DNA from: Octopus vulgaris
Taxonomy: Eukaryota
Assembly (NCBI GenBank): GCA_951406725.2
Contig: OX597825.1
Coordinates: 56,234,001-56,298,000, forward strand
Direction: 5' to 3'
Length of the DNA stretch: 64,000 nucleotides
The notes below the pieces were generated by a model, which saw only the letters and a list, made by a program, of their open reading frames with translations, was not told the origin of the DNA and ran no database searches. The translations under genes were made by a program, and so were the position numbers. This document shows positions 13,098-28,001 of the stretch, one piece after another; the first letter of the stretch is position 1; each line of letters begins with the position of its first letter.

Positions 13098-13274
13098 GTG
13101 TGCGCACGAGCCTGTTTGTATGCGTGTGTAGGTGACTCATATTGCTCCTGCCACTATGAACTTTTTAAACCATACCAAAATGACTCGTGCTAGAACCTGA
13201 CCGACAGCAGACAATAGAAAAATGCCCTCAAAATTTCCACATTGGTCCCTGGACACCGAATTATATGACATATA

Positions 13275-14143
13275 CACGAGAGGGTACCCAAAATAAACTG
13301 GAATTTTGAAATATTATTTTATTCTCTTTGTTTTCAATGTCTACACTTTTATCGCCTTCAAAGTATTCTCCATTGAAAGTAATGCATCTGTCCAGAAGCG
13401 TTTTCCATTGTTTGAAACAGTCCTGAAACACTTGCGAAGTTATGCCTGTTAGCGCCCCCGTCGATTTTATTCTTCTCCCCTTCCACATCTACAAAACGTT
13501 TTCTAAGGACTTGTTCATTCAGATAGCAAAAAAGTCGCAGTGCGGAGGTACAACTTCCAACTGTTCTTTCAGTTCACAACACGCATTCAGTCGTGCCGGC
13601 TTTTTCTCTTCCGTAAGCAAGCGAAGTTCAAATTTTGCGGCAACACTTTTCATTCAGAATCTCTCGTTCAAAATCCATTGGCAGGAGCTCCAGGCCACAC
13701 CAGTCATATTAGCAAGTTCGTCAACTGTTCGGCGATGGTCCTCCTGGGGTTCGACGGTCGCTCTGAACGAGGTTGGTCTTCAAGAAACAAGTGACCATTT
13801 CTAAAGCGCGAACACCACGCGAAAACGTGTTTTGCCCATAGCAGCGTCTTTTGTAAGCTGTTTCAATCATGACAACAGTTTCGACAGCCGTTTTCCCTAG
13901 CAGAAAACAGAATTTCACGGAAGCAGGCTGTTCCTTCGTTTCAGCCATCGTAAAAATCGACACAAATGGGAAAAGCATGCAAAACACACACGCGGTAAGT
14001 GGCAGGACGACATCAACTGATGACGTCGGTTGGCAGACGATGACTAAGGTTTGCATGAAGTGACTTCTAGCGGTGGAAATCTGAACTACTACGGGCTTGT
14101 CTCACAAAGAACGTTTCTGATTACTTTAGGGTACCTCTTCGTA
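13275..14143 (-). mobile_element. Internally deleted mariner transposon
   Basis: Imperfect TIRs (cacgagagggtacccaaaataaactggaa / ttctgattactttagggtacctcttcgta) with TA flanks. N-terminus EQPASVKFCFLLGKTAVETVVMI, C-terminus FQDCFKQWKTLLDRCITFNGEYFEGD. The segment carrying the first two catalytic Asp residues is missing. Confidence 0.9.
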
Positions 14144-14177
14144 TATATATATATATATATATATATATACGAGGATA

Positions 14178-14226
<49 letters not shown>

Positions 14227-14282
14227 TGTGTGTGTGTGCATGCATGCGTGTGTGTGTGTGTGTAAAGAGTATAAGACCACTG

Positions 14283-14600
14283 TGAAGGCGCATGGCTCAT
14301 TGGTTAGAGCGTCGAAATTACGACCGTGAGGTTGTGAGTTCGAATCCCGGACCGGGCTGCGTGTTGTGTTCTTGAGCGAGACATTTTATTTCACTCAGCT
14401 GTAGAAATGAGTTGCAACGTCACAGGTGCCAAGCTGTATCGGCCTTTGCCTTTCCCTTGGATAACATGGGTGGCGTGGAGGCATGAGGCGGGTATGCTTG
14501 GGCGACTGCTGGCCTTCCATAAACAACCTTGCCCAGGCTTGTGCCTCGGAGGACAACTTTCTAGGTGCAATCCCATAGTCATTCGTGACCGAAGAGAGTC
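14283..14600 (+). mobile_element. tRNA-derived SINE, family C
   Basis: A box tggctcattgg, B box gagttcgaatcc. Very similar to the copy at 49459-49801. Confidence 0.9.
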
Positions 14601-14858
14601 TCCGATAAGACCATTATTTAAAACAATGATCATATCAAATAGCCAGAATGATATATTTCCACAGTTGAAGACAAAATATTTTATTACTAAGCCAGGAATC
14701 GTCGATCTGGGATTAACCATTAATTCTTTGCTAATTTCTTTGTTCCTTTATCTTTTTACATGTGTTATAAGAATACATGATGTGCTTCTATAGTCAATTT
14801 TGACTGCTATATCTAGCATAGTGGTACCTCTCCAGTACCCTTAAATACAATTATACAT

Positions 14859-14893
<35 letters not shown>

Positions 14894-15446
14894 CGTATGT
14901 TTATATGTATATATGTATATATATTATATTATACCATATCTTATTATAATATATATTATATTATATAAAAAAAAATATATATGAATATATATATATATGA
15001 AACCTATTTTTATATTTATATATATATATTAATATATGCATATTTATGCGTGTGTGTATATATGCATATGTATATATGGTTATGTACATACAGTGATCAT
15101 ATGAACATTTGGACGTATACATATACAAGTTCAGACGCAAAGATAGGTTTATTTTAGATTAGATTTATACTTGTGTGTGTGCGTGCATGTGTGATTGTGT
15201 ATGCGGAGGGTGGGAGTGACAATTACATAGATGTATAAAACGGCGAAGCAGAAAACCCAGGAAAACGACCATATTGAATATGTGTTTCGTTTGTTATTAA
15301 ACACGGAAAGAAAGAGGAAACCAACAAAAAAATCTCGCAAGAAATACATGTACTTCCCTCTCTACCACTGTGACATTTCTTTTATCTTATACAGGCACTC
15401 GATATTGTCAATAGGAATACCTTCTGGCTCGTTTAGTCCGTCCTTA

Positions 15447-15810
15447 CATTCTAAGGTCAAATTCCACTTTGCTTTTCATCCTTTCGGGGTCATAAAGTAA
15501 GTACCAGTTGAACATAGGGGTCGACGTAATCGTCTTACCTAAGCCTGCGAAACTGCTAGCTACTTTGTACCAAAATTTTAAGCCACCATCAAGGTGGCGA
15601 ACTGGCAAAATTTTTACCGCGCCGGGCAAAAGGTTTAACGATATTTCCTTCTGCCTTCATATTCTGAGTTCGAATTCTAGCGAGGTTAACTTTGCGTTTG
15701 ATCTTTACAAAGTTGATAGAATGAGTAAGATTTGTGCACTGAGGTTGATATAATCGACAAGACGCCTTCCCCGTAAAATTCCAGGCCTTGAGCGTATAGT
15801 AGAAAGAATT
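15447..15810 (+). mobile_element. Two adjacent family A SINE copies (partial 15447-15575; 15591-15810)
   Basis: Central domain tttgcttttcatcctttcggggtc...aagtaccagttg. The second copy has the head aaggtggcgaactggc. Confidence 0.75.
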
Positions 15811-16504
15811 ACTGTAAACTACGACTAATCCGCCATTATCTGTTTGATGCAATCTTGCAATTTATACTCAAAATCTCAGTTGCTTGATCTCTCTCTTTCG
15901 CTTAGATTTTCAACAGTCTTCTTCATTGTTTTTTATTATATTTTATTATATTTATTTATTTTTCTAATTCTTCCTTTAAACGTATATATTTCTTCCCTCT
16001 TCACAGAATTGTTCCCTATAAATCAACCTTACATATTTTTTCTCATCCTTCATACGATTCCTCTTTATAAAGTAATCAGAAATGCTCAAACTCCAGCCAC
16101 TTCAGAAATTTTACATCTCCTCTATTTCAAATAACTAAAGAAATATGTAGCATTTTTTTCCTTTCGCATTTTGTTCCTTTTATATTTTTGTTCTGGATTA
16201 TTTTAGGGAGTTTAGAGGGTATATATATATATATACATGCATGCGTACATATGCGTGTATGTACGTGTGTGCATGCGTGTTTGTGTGTAAGTGTTTGTGT
16301 GTGTGCGTGTGTGTGTATGTGTGTTCGAAATCTATCTTTGAAGATTAAGAAGTGAGAAGTCTTCACATTTGTGAATTTTTTTTCTTTTATGTTCTTTATA
16401 AATTATTTATATTATTTTCTTGTTGCTGTTGGAAATTACAAAGATAGCTTTAAAGGTAAGACTGTAAGATAGCATCGATTGCCAGAGAAGCTATGTTCAG
16501 TTTC

Positions 16505-16778
16505 TAATGATCGTTGTGATAATGATGATGATGATGATAATGACGAAGACGACGACGGCACCGGTGGTGGTGGTGGTGGTGGTGCCGGTGGTGGTGGGGG
16601 GTGGGGGGAATGCGATGATGATGATGATTATGATGGGAATGATGATGATGATGATTATTCTGTGGATGAAAAGTATGGGAAAGTTAATGATGATGATTAC
16701 CGCGATGATAAAAATGATGATAATGATGAGTAGAATAACAACATAATAGCAACAACATTGATGGCAGCAGCAGTTGTT

Positions 16779-16846
<68 letters not shown>

Positions 16847-16908
16847 TGTAGTAGTAGAGTGGTTGTTGCAGTAATAATAACAACAATAATGATGATGATG
16901 ATGATGAC

Positions 16909-16958
<50 letters not shown>

Positions 16959-17060
16959 TGATAATAATAACAACAACAACAACAACATTAATAAGAACAT
17001 GAACAAGAATGATAAGAACAGCAAATGGAACAACAACAACAACAACAAGCACCACAGCCA
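16505..17060. repeat. Compound trinucleotide low-complexity tract (GAT/GGT/GTA/AAT/AAC)
   Basis: Directly visible. Confidence 0.9.
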
Positions 17061-17341
17061 CTAGAACAATAGTTGTTCTTGATACAAAAGATCACATGTT
17101 TTGATTATCAGAATATGTATTCCAGTTGAATCAAAAAATAGCCAATTATCTTTTCGAGAAAATTATTGTCATAATATATCTGGTGGATATTAGCGAATGT
17201 AGTGTGCGCACACCTACACGCATACGCCTGTACATTCGCGCGAACATGTGTATTACAAGAATTGACGCATGTTAACATACATGCACTCACGCACACAGAT
17301 ACACACATACACGTGCGCCGCTCACAGATACACAAACACAT

Positions 17342-17381
<40 letters not shown>

Positions 17382-17441
17382 TTATATAAACATACTGCCA
17401 TATTTACACAATGATAAACGATCGGAATTCATGCACATGCA

Positions 17442-17501
<60 letters not shown>

Positions 17502-17514
17502 GTATATATATATA

Positions 17515-17558
<44 letters not shown>

Positions 17559-17612
17559 CATATATACGTACGTATGCGTACATGCATAAACACGTACGAA
17601 TATATAGACATA

Positions 17613-17695
<83 letters not shown>

Positions 17696-19162
17696 ATATT
17701 ATTGTCGAAAGATACGTACATACACATTTACAGACACACAGAAATTCCAAAACACGCACATTCAAGCCCGGAAGCACGCATACACACGCACATATATACA
17801 CATTCTTTCTATATTCGCTAGTGGATGTTCTTTTGATACCAGTGGAGATTATGTAGCATACATGCTTGTGAATGTCAGTGTTTGAGTGTGTGTAATTATA
17901 ATATATTATTGGCATTTACACGATCAAAATTTCAGTACTAAATAGTTGTAATAGAGTTAGTGTATATACAGTGACATGGTATTGTATTTTGGGTAAAGAA
18001 AACATAAAGAAAAGGTGTAAGTTTGATAAGATGAATAAGGAGCATTACGTGTTTCATATATAAACGTTGGTAACTGTGGGATAATTTTCTCGCGTAGTTA
18101 TACAGAAATGAGAGAAACTTACAGAGTTTATGATGGTAAACGAATGAGATGAGAAGTGTCTATTACTTGGTTAAACATGAAGAAGGCAGTAGAAACTTGA
18201 TAATAGTTTCTTGATGAAAGTAACATGTTAATTCAATCTGCAGACATAATTGGATAGCTTTATAGGATTCTTTCTGAAGCATTTCTAAAGGAAGATGTTT
18301 GGTTATAACATCTTTGCTTGAAATACCACCCTGCTTACATATATGTGCCACGTATAAAAAATTTATCGAGCGAGATAACTTATATCGTAGAGGTGATTTC
18401 AGTTTCATTTAGAAATTTCGCAAACTAACATTTGGTTCAAATGTTGAGTATATCTCAACACGTCACTCGACATTCATTTAGACGGTACTTTAAAAATTTT
18501 CGGCCCAACATAATTATTGCTTCTAATATAAATAATAGAAATTTCATACATATTACTCTCAAAGTAAAAAAACCAACGTAAACCCTTCAGCGAACGCGAA
18601 TATTCTGACCGGACAGCTCAAAATGCTTCATAGTAAAAAAATATATTAAAAGTACAAGTTATGTCAATATCTCATCAGAAAACTTAATTAAATTAATAAC
18701 TAACTTTAAAAATGTCACTATTTTGATCTTGTCTACTGAAGCACAATATTATGCCAAATAAACAATATTCTCCTCTGATACTTAAATATGTGTGTGCACG
18801 CGCGCGCGCACACGTTTGTGTATTTGTGTATGTATTCCCTTACACACACACTCACGCACACACACATGCACACATGAGCACACACACAACATATAGACAT
18901 GAAGCTTCTGCCAAAAATGTAATTTAGGAAACTCTATACAGTAACGCTCAATTTACGTTAAGAATACTTCTAGTGGTTTAGATCCGTCGCAAGATGCTTC
19001 TCTGGTATAGGCCTTACTATGAAATTTGCAAATAGAAATGTATAGTCACCGACGGACTATATCGTTATACATGAATGTATCAAATATATCCTCATATATA
19101 TATATAGATATGTATGTATGAATGTATGTATGCATATATGTATATATATATACATATATTTA

Positions 19163-19195
<33 letters not shown>

Positions 19196-20202
19196 GTATT
19201 TATGTATATATGTATATATGTATATATATATATATGTATATATAAATATATACATATATATGCGCATATATATACACACTTATATAAAGAAACATGTATA
19301 TGCATACATACACATACATACATATAAATCTATATATATATGTATGTATTTGTATGCGTTTCTCTGTGTGTGGGTGTCTTTGTGAGTGTGTGTGTAAATC
19401 TCATATATATAGGTAGATGCGTACGCGTGTGTGCGTGTGTGTGTCTGCGTGTGTGTGTTTGTGAAGCGTACGCGTTTGTGCGTCCGTGTGTATGCGTGTG
19501 CGCTCTTGCGTTTTCCGAGCGGGTCATAACCGGACTTGAGTGTTCTTTTGATGCCATTTCAAAACAGATTACCTACTGCAAAAATAAATGTCATCTTCCT
19601 GTTACCGCTGTTGTATGTTCTCAGTGACAAGACCATCACCATCATCATCCTCATCAGCATCAACAGCAGCAGCAGAAGCATCGGCAGCAGCAGCAGCAGC
19701 AGAAGCATTGGTAGCAGCAGGAACATACAGTCTCTACAACGACTTGTGATTAACATATTCTGTAGGTGTTACTTATCATTCCATTCACATAATTCATCTC
19801 TTATGTTCTTCTTAGGAAGGAATCAAACTCAAAATGATAATGTGTCGCCTTCATATTATCTGATATCCTCATAGAATATATATTTCAACCCTGATAATAT
19901 CGTAATAACACTAATATCTTTTTTTTCCTGTAATTGATTTCGTAGAATTCATGGAAATAGTTTTCTATGTACGCATTTTAATGTGTGTGGAGCGAGTATG
20001 TGTGTAAGTGTATATATCTATTCACACAGATATTCATAGATAGATAAGGGTGAATATTCATGTATGCATGTATGGTTGTGTTTATTTATATATATATATG
20101 TGCATAGAGCCATACATGTGTGTATGTATACATGTGAGTTTTTATTCGTCATATATAACAGGCAAAACAAAAGTTACCCGATACATGATGTAGCACACAC
20201 AT

Positions 20203-20299
<97 letters not shown>

Positions 20300-20778
20300 C
20301 ATACATATATATATATATATATACACACATATATATATATATATACACACACATACATACATATATGCATACATATATAAAGATTTACACGCACGCACAC
20401 AAACAAATGAGTGTATATATATTCATCGACAAACCTGACTGAATGCTCTAATATCCGTAGAACTCATCTGTATATAAATATACGATTTTCTCTATTTATA
20501 GTAATATCTGTGCCTGTGCGTATATATATGTTTGAGTGTGTGTGTGTCTGTGTCTGTGTGTGTGTGTGTGTCTATGCGTGTATTTGTCTGAATGTGTATA
20601 GATACACGTGCCGTATCTGCTTGAGCATGTCGACCATATTTGAGTGTATGTGTTCTTTCGTTTTTTTCGATGCTCTTTCAATATTTCATTCACGCATACA
20701 GTCTTACACACACACGCACGGACGCACACACACACGCAGGGACGTACACACACATACGCAGGGACGCACAGACACACG

Positions 20779-20852
<74 letters not shown>

Positions 20853-20963
20853 TATATATATACATAGATAGATGTGCGTATATATGTATGTATGTGTTTT
20901 TATTTATGTATATGAGCATATCTATGTATAATACATGCATATATGTACATATATGTATGCATC

Positions 20964-21031
<68 letters not shown>

Positions 21032-21236
21032 TGTATATAATTAAATAAAAGTATGTGTGCATGTGTACGTGTATGCGTGTGTGTTTATACATAAAAGATT
21101 TCTAATCGCTACGCATTGATCAACCCAGAATAAAGTAGAAGGCACTTGCTGAATGGACGAAGCACTGAGAGTGAACACGAAACAGCATGGCTGTCGGAAA
21201 AGTTCTTAACCACGCAGCCTTACTAAAGCCTACGTT

Positions 21237-21437
<201 letters not shown>

Positions 21438-21627
21438 TTACATATATATATTTATATTTGTATGGGTGTATATAATTATATGTATATATATATATATATC
21501 TATATACATACATAAATATATATGTGTGCATAAATGTGTGTATATTGCCTTGTGCGTGTGTGTGTGTGTATAAATGTGTGTATATGCACTTGTGCGTGTG
21601 TGTGTGTTTGTGTGTGTGTATGTGCAA

Positions 21628-24600
21628 AGACATCTGGAGGTCCGGACCAAACCAAAACCCGAGCAATTTAACCAGTCCGTCCGTCCAGCGCCCAACGACG
21701 CAGTTGGACGGCATGAACTTGCTTCACCAGGTACTGAGCCGCAAGCCAACTGATTTTTCCAGGTTAATCGTGTCTCCTGAAACTGCCTCGGGGTGCCTGA
21801 GAGCGGTGCCGATCAGTTTTATGTGTTTATAATCCGTCACCACTACGATGACATCTTTGGCATATGCCGACGCGCTTCTCCCACATCCTAGGTCACAGAG
21901 GATTTCTTTCAACACCCCCAGATTGTGTAGTAGTGGCTCGAGAGTCAGTACATACGAGAGAGTCAAGAGTTGGGGGGCAACCTTGCCGAACTGAGCGCAT
22001 AATGTTGAACGGCTCTGAGAGATGACCGTTTACACTGACTACTGAACAGATGTTGTTACTGTGTATTGCAGCGATCCAGCACTGAATACAGGCCCGAAAC
22101 CAGCTGCCTTGAAAACTACCGTCAGATATAGTTAGTCGACTGCATTGAAAGCTTTGGTCTGATCTAAATTGATCAAGGCCTACTCGTACTAGGCTTTTTA
22201 ACCACTTTCAATGATGTATCACATGAGGTGGAGGTTATCGTGTTTGTATCTTTTCGGGATGGCGCCTGTTTGTGTCTCCCCTACCAGATCTCCGACAAGC
22301 ACCAACCTCGTAGCAAACACCTTGGCTAAAATTTTGAACTCTACATTCAGTAGAGTTATGTGGCCTAAAGTTGTCAATGCAATCCCCCTTGTTCGGGTCT
22401 TTTCTAAGCAATGTCACTGCTCCTCGGCTCGCAAAATTGAGAACTCTCCCATTCTGTTGCCAGTTGCAATAAACGTTTTCTAAGAGGTCACCGAACAAGT
22501 ACGGCATATAAGCGTAAAGCTTGTAGGGCAGATGATCCAAACCATGCGATCCACCCCTTGTGAAGGTAACCTTTCAAAGGCTGTTATCAGTCTTTCGCAG
22601 CGCTTCGTCTCTGTAGCTGAGAGTCGCGGCAGCCCGTCGAGGTAGGACAAGAATTCTATCCTGCGACCTGGCTCACCGCTGCCCCCGAACAGTTAGCGAA
22701 GTGCCGCTGAAACGCTGCAGACATGTCCAGATCAGATATCATCAGCCTGTTGTGGTTCAGCAAGGATCGGATCGTGTATTTATTTCCATGCCGTGCCTCT
22801 GCCACTCGAGCCCATTTCGTCCCTTCGTGTCTAAGTGCTCGTGCCTTAGCTCAGACAACGCATCCTTCATTTTTCGCATTGAAAAATTGATCGAGTGTCA
22901 ATCACACTCAGAGCACGTCGGTTGCGATGCCTTTTTTAAAAAAACCTCGTCTAACTTCTTGACTATCTCTGCCTCTACTGTGTTTCTTTCTACTGTTAGT
23001 CTTTTACTAAACCTTATCGATTCTATTCTAATCACCCTTTTCAGGGCAAACCACCAGTTGCTGTTGACTATTTCACCGTCAACGCTCTCCCGTCACTGAT
23101 CCGGTCTCTGAAATCTTTACGCGCAGGCAACGACGTGTTCAGCTTCCAGTTACCGGGTCCCTGCTTATGAAGCGTATCTAAGTCGACTGTACAGACCACA
23201 AATTTATGGTCAGTGTAATCGACTACTTTAAATTGTGGGCAACCTATGCTATCCTTATCTGCTACTCTACAGAATACCCTATCTAGATCGATCTGAATGA
23301 CCCGATGCGCTTTGACCAGGTCTACACTGGCACATCAGGGAATTCCAGTGGGTATCCGTCAGACAACTGGAATCGTCTGGGCAGGTTTGAGAGGTTTCGC
23401 ACCCTCCTCTCGTATCTACTACCCCCTCCCACAGTCCCACCTTACATCTAAAACTTCTTTTCAATCCCCTACTGACATTAAAGTGCGAGACGTTTCCAAG
23501 AAAGTTTCCAGATGTCTGAAGAAATCTGGTCGTCCTGCCCTGTGTCGGGGCATAGATGGCAGCTAGCCTGAAAGTATATCCTTCGCTGCCTGTCACGTTC
23601 AGCACTACCAACTTACCTTCTAGATCCAGGAGGTTCGTTCGTATTGCAAAATCCAGCTTTTTCCGAACCGTCACGGCGATTCCGACTCTCGTTCCGGGAC
23701 GACTTGGAGATGCGTACACTTAATAGTCACCGAAAATGGGTTAGACGTCCCGTGAGTCGGAAATTCTGGTTCCACTAATGGCCACCACATCAACATTCAG
23801 TGCTCTGAGGTCGTTGTGCAGGTGACCCCGCTTCCAATCCGACCTTAGTCCACATACATTCACGCTGTCTATTCTGTGCACAACCATGTTGTCGGAAAAA
23901 GAAAAGACAAGAAAAGGAAAACTTATGTGGTTTTGTTTGGAGAGGTGAAGGCGGATTGCTCGTCCAACTTGTTGGTTTGGAATGATTCCAGCTGTAAATC
24001 ACCAATAATTCTCGTGGTGATACTCCCTCGAAATTCGATTTCCTGTGGGAATTGGATTTTAAAGTGTATGGATGTGTTTTGTGTTGTTTGAATGATTTGT
24101 ATGCGTACAGGTAGGGAGATTAGGGGTGTGACAAAATCTTCTGGTGTAATGTTTGTGTGTTACCATGTACTTCATTAATTCATTGTTTTTTTGTGCTTAT
24201 TGCCATGTAGTTTGTAATGCTAGTCTCTTTGATTTGCCTTTGTTGTTGTGGTGGTGGGGGTATTGGTTGTGGTTGTGATAGTTATTATTGTGTTTGTGTG
24301 GGGGGATGGCTTGTGTTTCTGGTGTTAGAGGTGGTGGTGTCGATGCAGTGTTTGTTTTAGGTCTATTTGTTTTTGTTGGATGAGGATTGTTGTTTCTCCA
24401 TGTGCTTGTTTTTCTTTATGTCACTTTTCCGTTTTCCTTTGTTTTTTTTTAAACTTCCACTCCTCATCGCGGTCACACTTTTCAACTGCGATGTCCACCC
24501 GTTCCACATCGGGAAGTGGAACATCCCCGGGTTCCGAGAGGTGTTTGGAGAAACTCAGTGTCTGTATGTTAGTGGTGCCACGACTGCATCTGCTGATGGT

Positions 24601-26070
24601 GATGGTGTTGTTTTAATTGTTGTTCTTGTTCTTGTTCTTGTTGCTGCTGCCGTTGTTGTGTTTGCTGCTGTTGTTGTTCGAGTTCTGGTGGTTGTTGTTG
24701 TAAGGAGGAGAGTTGACCGTCTCTCTTTTTTTTTCGATCTAGGGCAGAAAGCTTTTAAATGATTAGCCAAAACCAAATGTGGTACTTTGCTTTCCTTCCT
24801 TTCACCCTGGCTGAAATAATGCTGCCTCCAAGAGGATGGATTTGGTCTGGGATGAGATCCACATTCTTTTGGGTCGTTTGGATGAGGAGTTCTATCGTCA
24901 TCCCGGTCCATTTCTTCTTTCTGGTCTAATAGGCTTCGAGTATTTCTGTGTTTTCCTCGATGCTTATCGGTACTGCAGAAATTAGCCAAGGAATGGCTAT
25001 TTCTGGCGGCACCCGATGAATGATAATTTTTGGCCAGTCTCACGCCGCAGTAGAAAGGGACCAATTACAGCTCCTCACATTTGAGGGGATTCTGAGAGTG
25101 TGATTTCGCTCCACTTCCCACAGCCCCTTCCTCTCTGTATATATTCCTTTAGATTCCAGACGGAACCGAAAACTTTTTTGTATTTGAGCCTCTGTGGCGG
25201 CACTTTCTGCCCTTGTTGATTTTAATCCGATTACACAGTACATATCTGTGCGGCGTATCGTATTCTGAACAGTCTCAAGTGGGGTATTTAGCTTTAGAGC
25301 CAACCCGTCTCTCTCGACAAGCTGTCTGACATTTTGAAGTTCCTCATTAGAGAATTGTATTCTCTGAAGAGATGACTTGGTAGCTCCGACAAAGGAAAGT
25401 TTAGAGCTATTCCAAGCCGTTGCACCGGATTGTTTCTCAGTTCCGTCGTTGCTTTAACCGTTGTTGATATTGTTGTTCTTGTTCTTGTTGCTGCTGCCGT
25501 TGTTGTGTTTGTTGTTGTTGTTGTTGTTCTTGTTGCTGCTGCTGCTGTTCTTGTTGTTGTCGCTTCTGCTTTTGTTGTTGTAGTTGTTGTCGTTGGCGCT
25601 GCTGATGTTGTTGTTCTAGCTACTCTTGTTACTTCTGTTGCTGTTGTTGTTGTACTCGCATCGTCAGTCGCTTCGCTCACAAAGGATCCCTATTGTTTAT
25701 ATTTTCGAAATTACTGTTTTTTCTTTTACTTCGGAGAATATTGTCGAAAACGGAGACATATGCAAAGATCCTTTAAGACATCTTTCTGCTGTCTTTTTTG
25801 TTTTCTTAATAAAAAAAAAATACTGCTGTCGTCTGTTTTTTTTTTATTTCTAGCACGCCATTGTTTACCGCTCTAGCATTCTCTCTTACTGAGGTTTGAT
25901 GACACTCATCACTCTCTCTCCTCTCACATATGAGCGTCACCCAGTTTTGTTGCTCTTTCTCTATGTCGATAGGGAAAACGCAAGCAACTTTCGCTGAAAA
26001 ACAAAATCAATTGACCTGTCCTCCAAAACTGGGGTACAAAACAGGAAAATAAACTCAGCACTCGACAGCA
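21628..26070 (-). mobile_element. L1/Tx1-clade LINE, 3'-truncated: 5' UTR, ORF1 remnant, ORF2 (APE endonuclease + RT) remnant
   Basis: APE start SVNVCGLRS...DLRALNVDVVAISGTR (~23870-23760) and GKLVVLNV...FRLAAIYAP. RT segments VTLLRKDPNKGDCIDNFRP, LDQTKAFNAVD, LYVLTLEPLL-like, AYAKD (=YADD), INLEKS, LLGFWFGPDLQM. A Thr/Ala-rich ORF1 remnant lies at ~25680-24400. Confidence 0.9.
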
Positions 26071-26187
26071 ATTAACCTGTTGTCTCCGATGGTACAAACT
26101 CGAAAGGCGCGAATACACGTATTATGTGTTTATCTTTATAAAATCTACGGATCGATGTCAAGCAAGGCTTGCCAGGCTGACTGCCAC

Positions 26188-26257
<70 letters not shown>

Positions 26258-26259
<2 letters not shown>

Positions 26260-26925
26260 TGCGACACATTTGACGAAACATTAGACCATCCCTTCTTGGG
26301 ATGTCCTGAGCTGACACTAAGCGAATTCAAAAATCACCAAAGTAGGGTAGGGCGGTATTTACATTGGAAAATATGCAAACACTACGAAATCAGTACTCCT
26401 GCTTACTGGCATGACATCATGTTGAGCCAGTCATTGAAGGTAAAAATGTTCCTATCCTCTGAGATTTTCTAGTCAACACTGACAGAACGATCGAGGGTAA
26501 TCAACCAGGCATAATTATTAAAGACGGATAAGCAAAGTACTTGCAGACTAATAAAGGTAAGTGTTTCCACTGATAACTGTAGAGGAATTTAACACATTAA
26601 GTAACTATAAGGACCTGGAAATTGAAATACAAAATATGTGACATCTTAAAGTTAGAACTCTTCCTATTATTGTAGGTGCCCTAGGTATGATAACAAGAAA
26701 GGGTGTGTCAGAAACATCTAGATAACATCCCAGGGGAACCATGTCTCAGAGAAATCCAAAAGATTGTGCTGACAAATACTGTTGTATTACATGAAGATAT
26801 TTCGTTACTGCCCCTGCTACTTTTCTCCACGCTTTCAGTCATACTGTAACATCTCTTTCCCTCATTCGCCCTTGGACGATAGGTGTATCTCGGCAAGTGA
26901 TTGTAACAAAAATGCAGATTAAAAT
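26258..26925 (+). mobile_element. R4/Dong-clade LINE C-terminal fragment (CCHC knuckle + restriction-like endonuclease + 3' UTR)
   Basis: CDTFDETLDHPFLGCPEL...RVGRYLHWKICKHY, TDRTIEGNQPGIIIKD, YKDLEIEIQ, LPIIVGALGMI. Flanked on both sides by (AAT)n. Confidence 0.85.
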
Positions 26926-26936
26926 TAATGATAATG

Positions 26937-27212
<276 letters not shown>

Positions 27213-27235
27213 ATAATAATAATAATAATAATTAT

Positions 27236-27309
<74 letters not shown>

Positions 27310-27354
27310 TAGTCAAGACGAAGGGCGCAATTCGATGGTAAGATATTTCATAAG

Positions 27355-27397
27355 TTGAACGATATTTCAACAGTACGTCTGTCTTTATCAAGTTCAA
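27355..27397 (-). ncRNA. Minimal type I hammerhead ribozyme, U3:A8 variant (second copy 29238-29280, plus)
   Basis: Minus strand reads TTGAAC-TTGATAAA-GACAG/acgta/CTGTT-GAAA-TA-TC-GTTCAA: 6-bp stem I, 5-bp stem II, 1-bp stem III. The plus copy is followed by AATAAA at 29283. Confidence 0.7.
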
Positions 27398-27629
27398 AAT
27401 AAGAATTGATAAAAATTCAAAATTACAGAAATTTAAACGTAAAGTATGAACGAGAGCAACCAGCGTCCACACGATGATGGAATGACATCATCAGTTTTTA
27501 AGTTACAATTGTATAACAGGCGAAAAGAAATAGGCAGAAAAAAAAAACAGAAAAAAGAAGACGTTTTCTTGGTGTCAGATATAGAGGTCAATAATTCCCT
27601 TACATTCTTATTCCCTCAAAAGGCTACAA

Positions 27630-27880
27630 TAGGCGGAGAATGTCGAAAACAGAGCCATCTCCAAAGATCCTTCTGCTGTCTTTTTTGTTTTCTTTTTAAA
27701 CAAAAATAATGCTGTCGCCTGTTTTCTTTTTATTTCTAGCACGCCATTGTTTACCACTCTAGCATTCTCTCTTACTGAGGTTTGGTGACGCTCCTCACTC
27801 TCTCTCCTTTCCTCACATATGAGCGTCACCCAGTTTTGTCGTTCTTTCTCCATGTCGATGGGGAAAACGCAGGCAACAAA
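27630..27880 (-). repeat. Second copy of the Tx1-type LINE 5' region (matches 25730-25990)
   Basis: Shared blocks tttctagcacgccattgtttacc, ctctagcattctctcttactgaggttt and ctcacatatgagcgtcacccagttttgt. Confidence 0.85.
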
Positions 27881-27911
27881 AATTCATTGTTATTGTTGTT
27901 ATTGTTGTTAC

Positions 27912-27969
<58 letters not shown>

Positions 27970-28001
27970 TTAAGCACCGAGGCCGTATTGAGAACTGTTT
28001 T

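Noticed and set aside
14017-14045. CTGATGA-CGTC/GACG hairpin in the mariner 5' region
   Set aside because: Not followed by GAAA, and no stem I or III.
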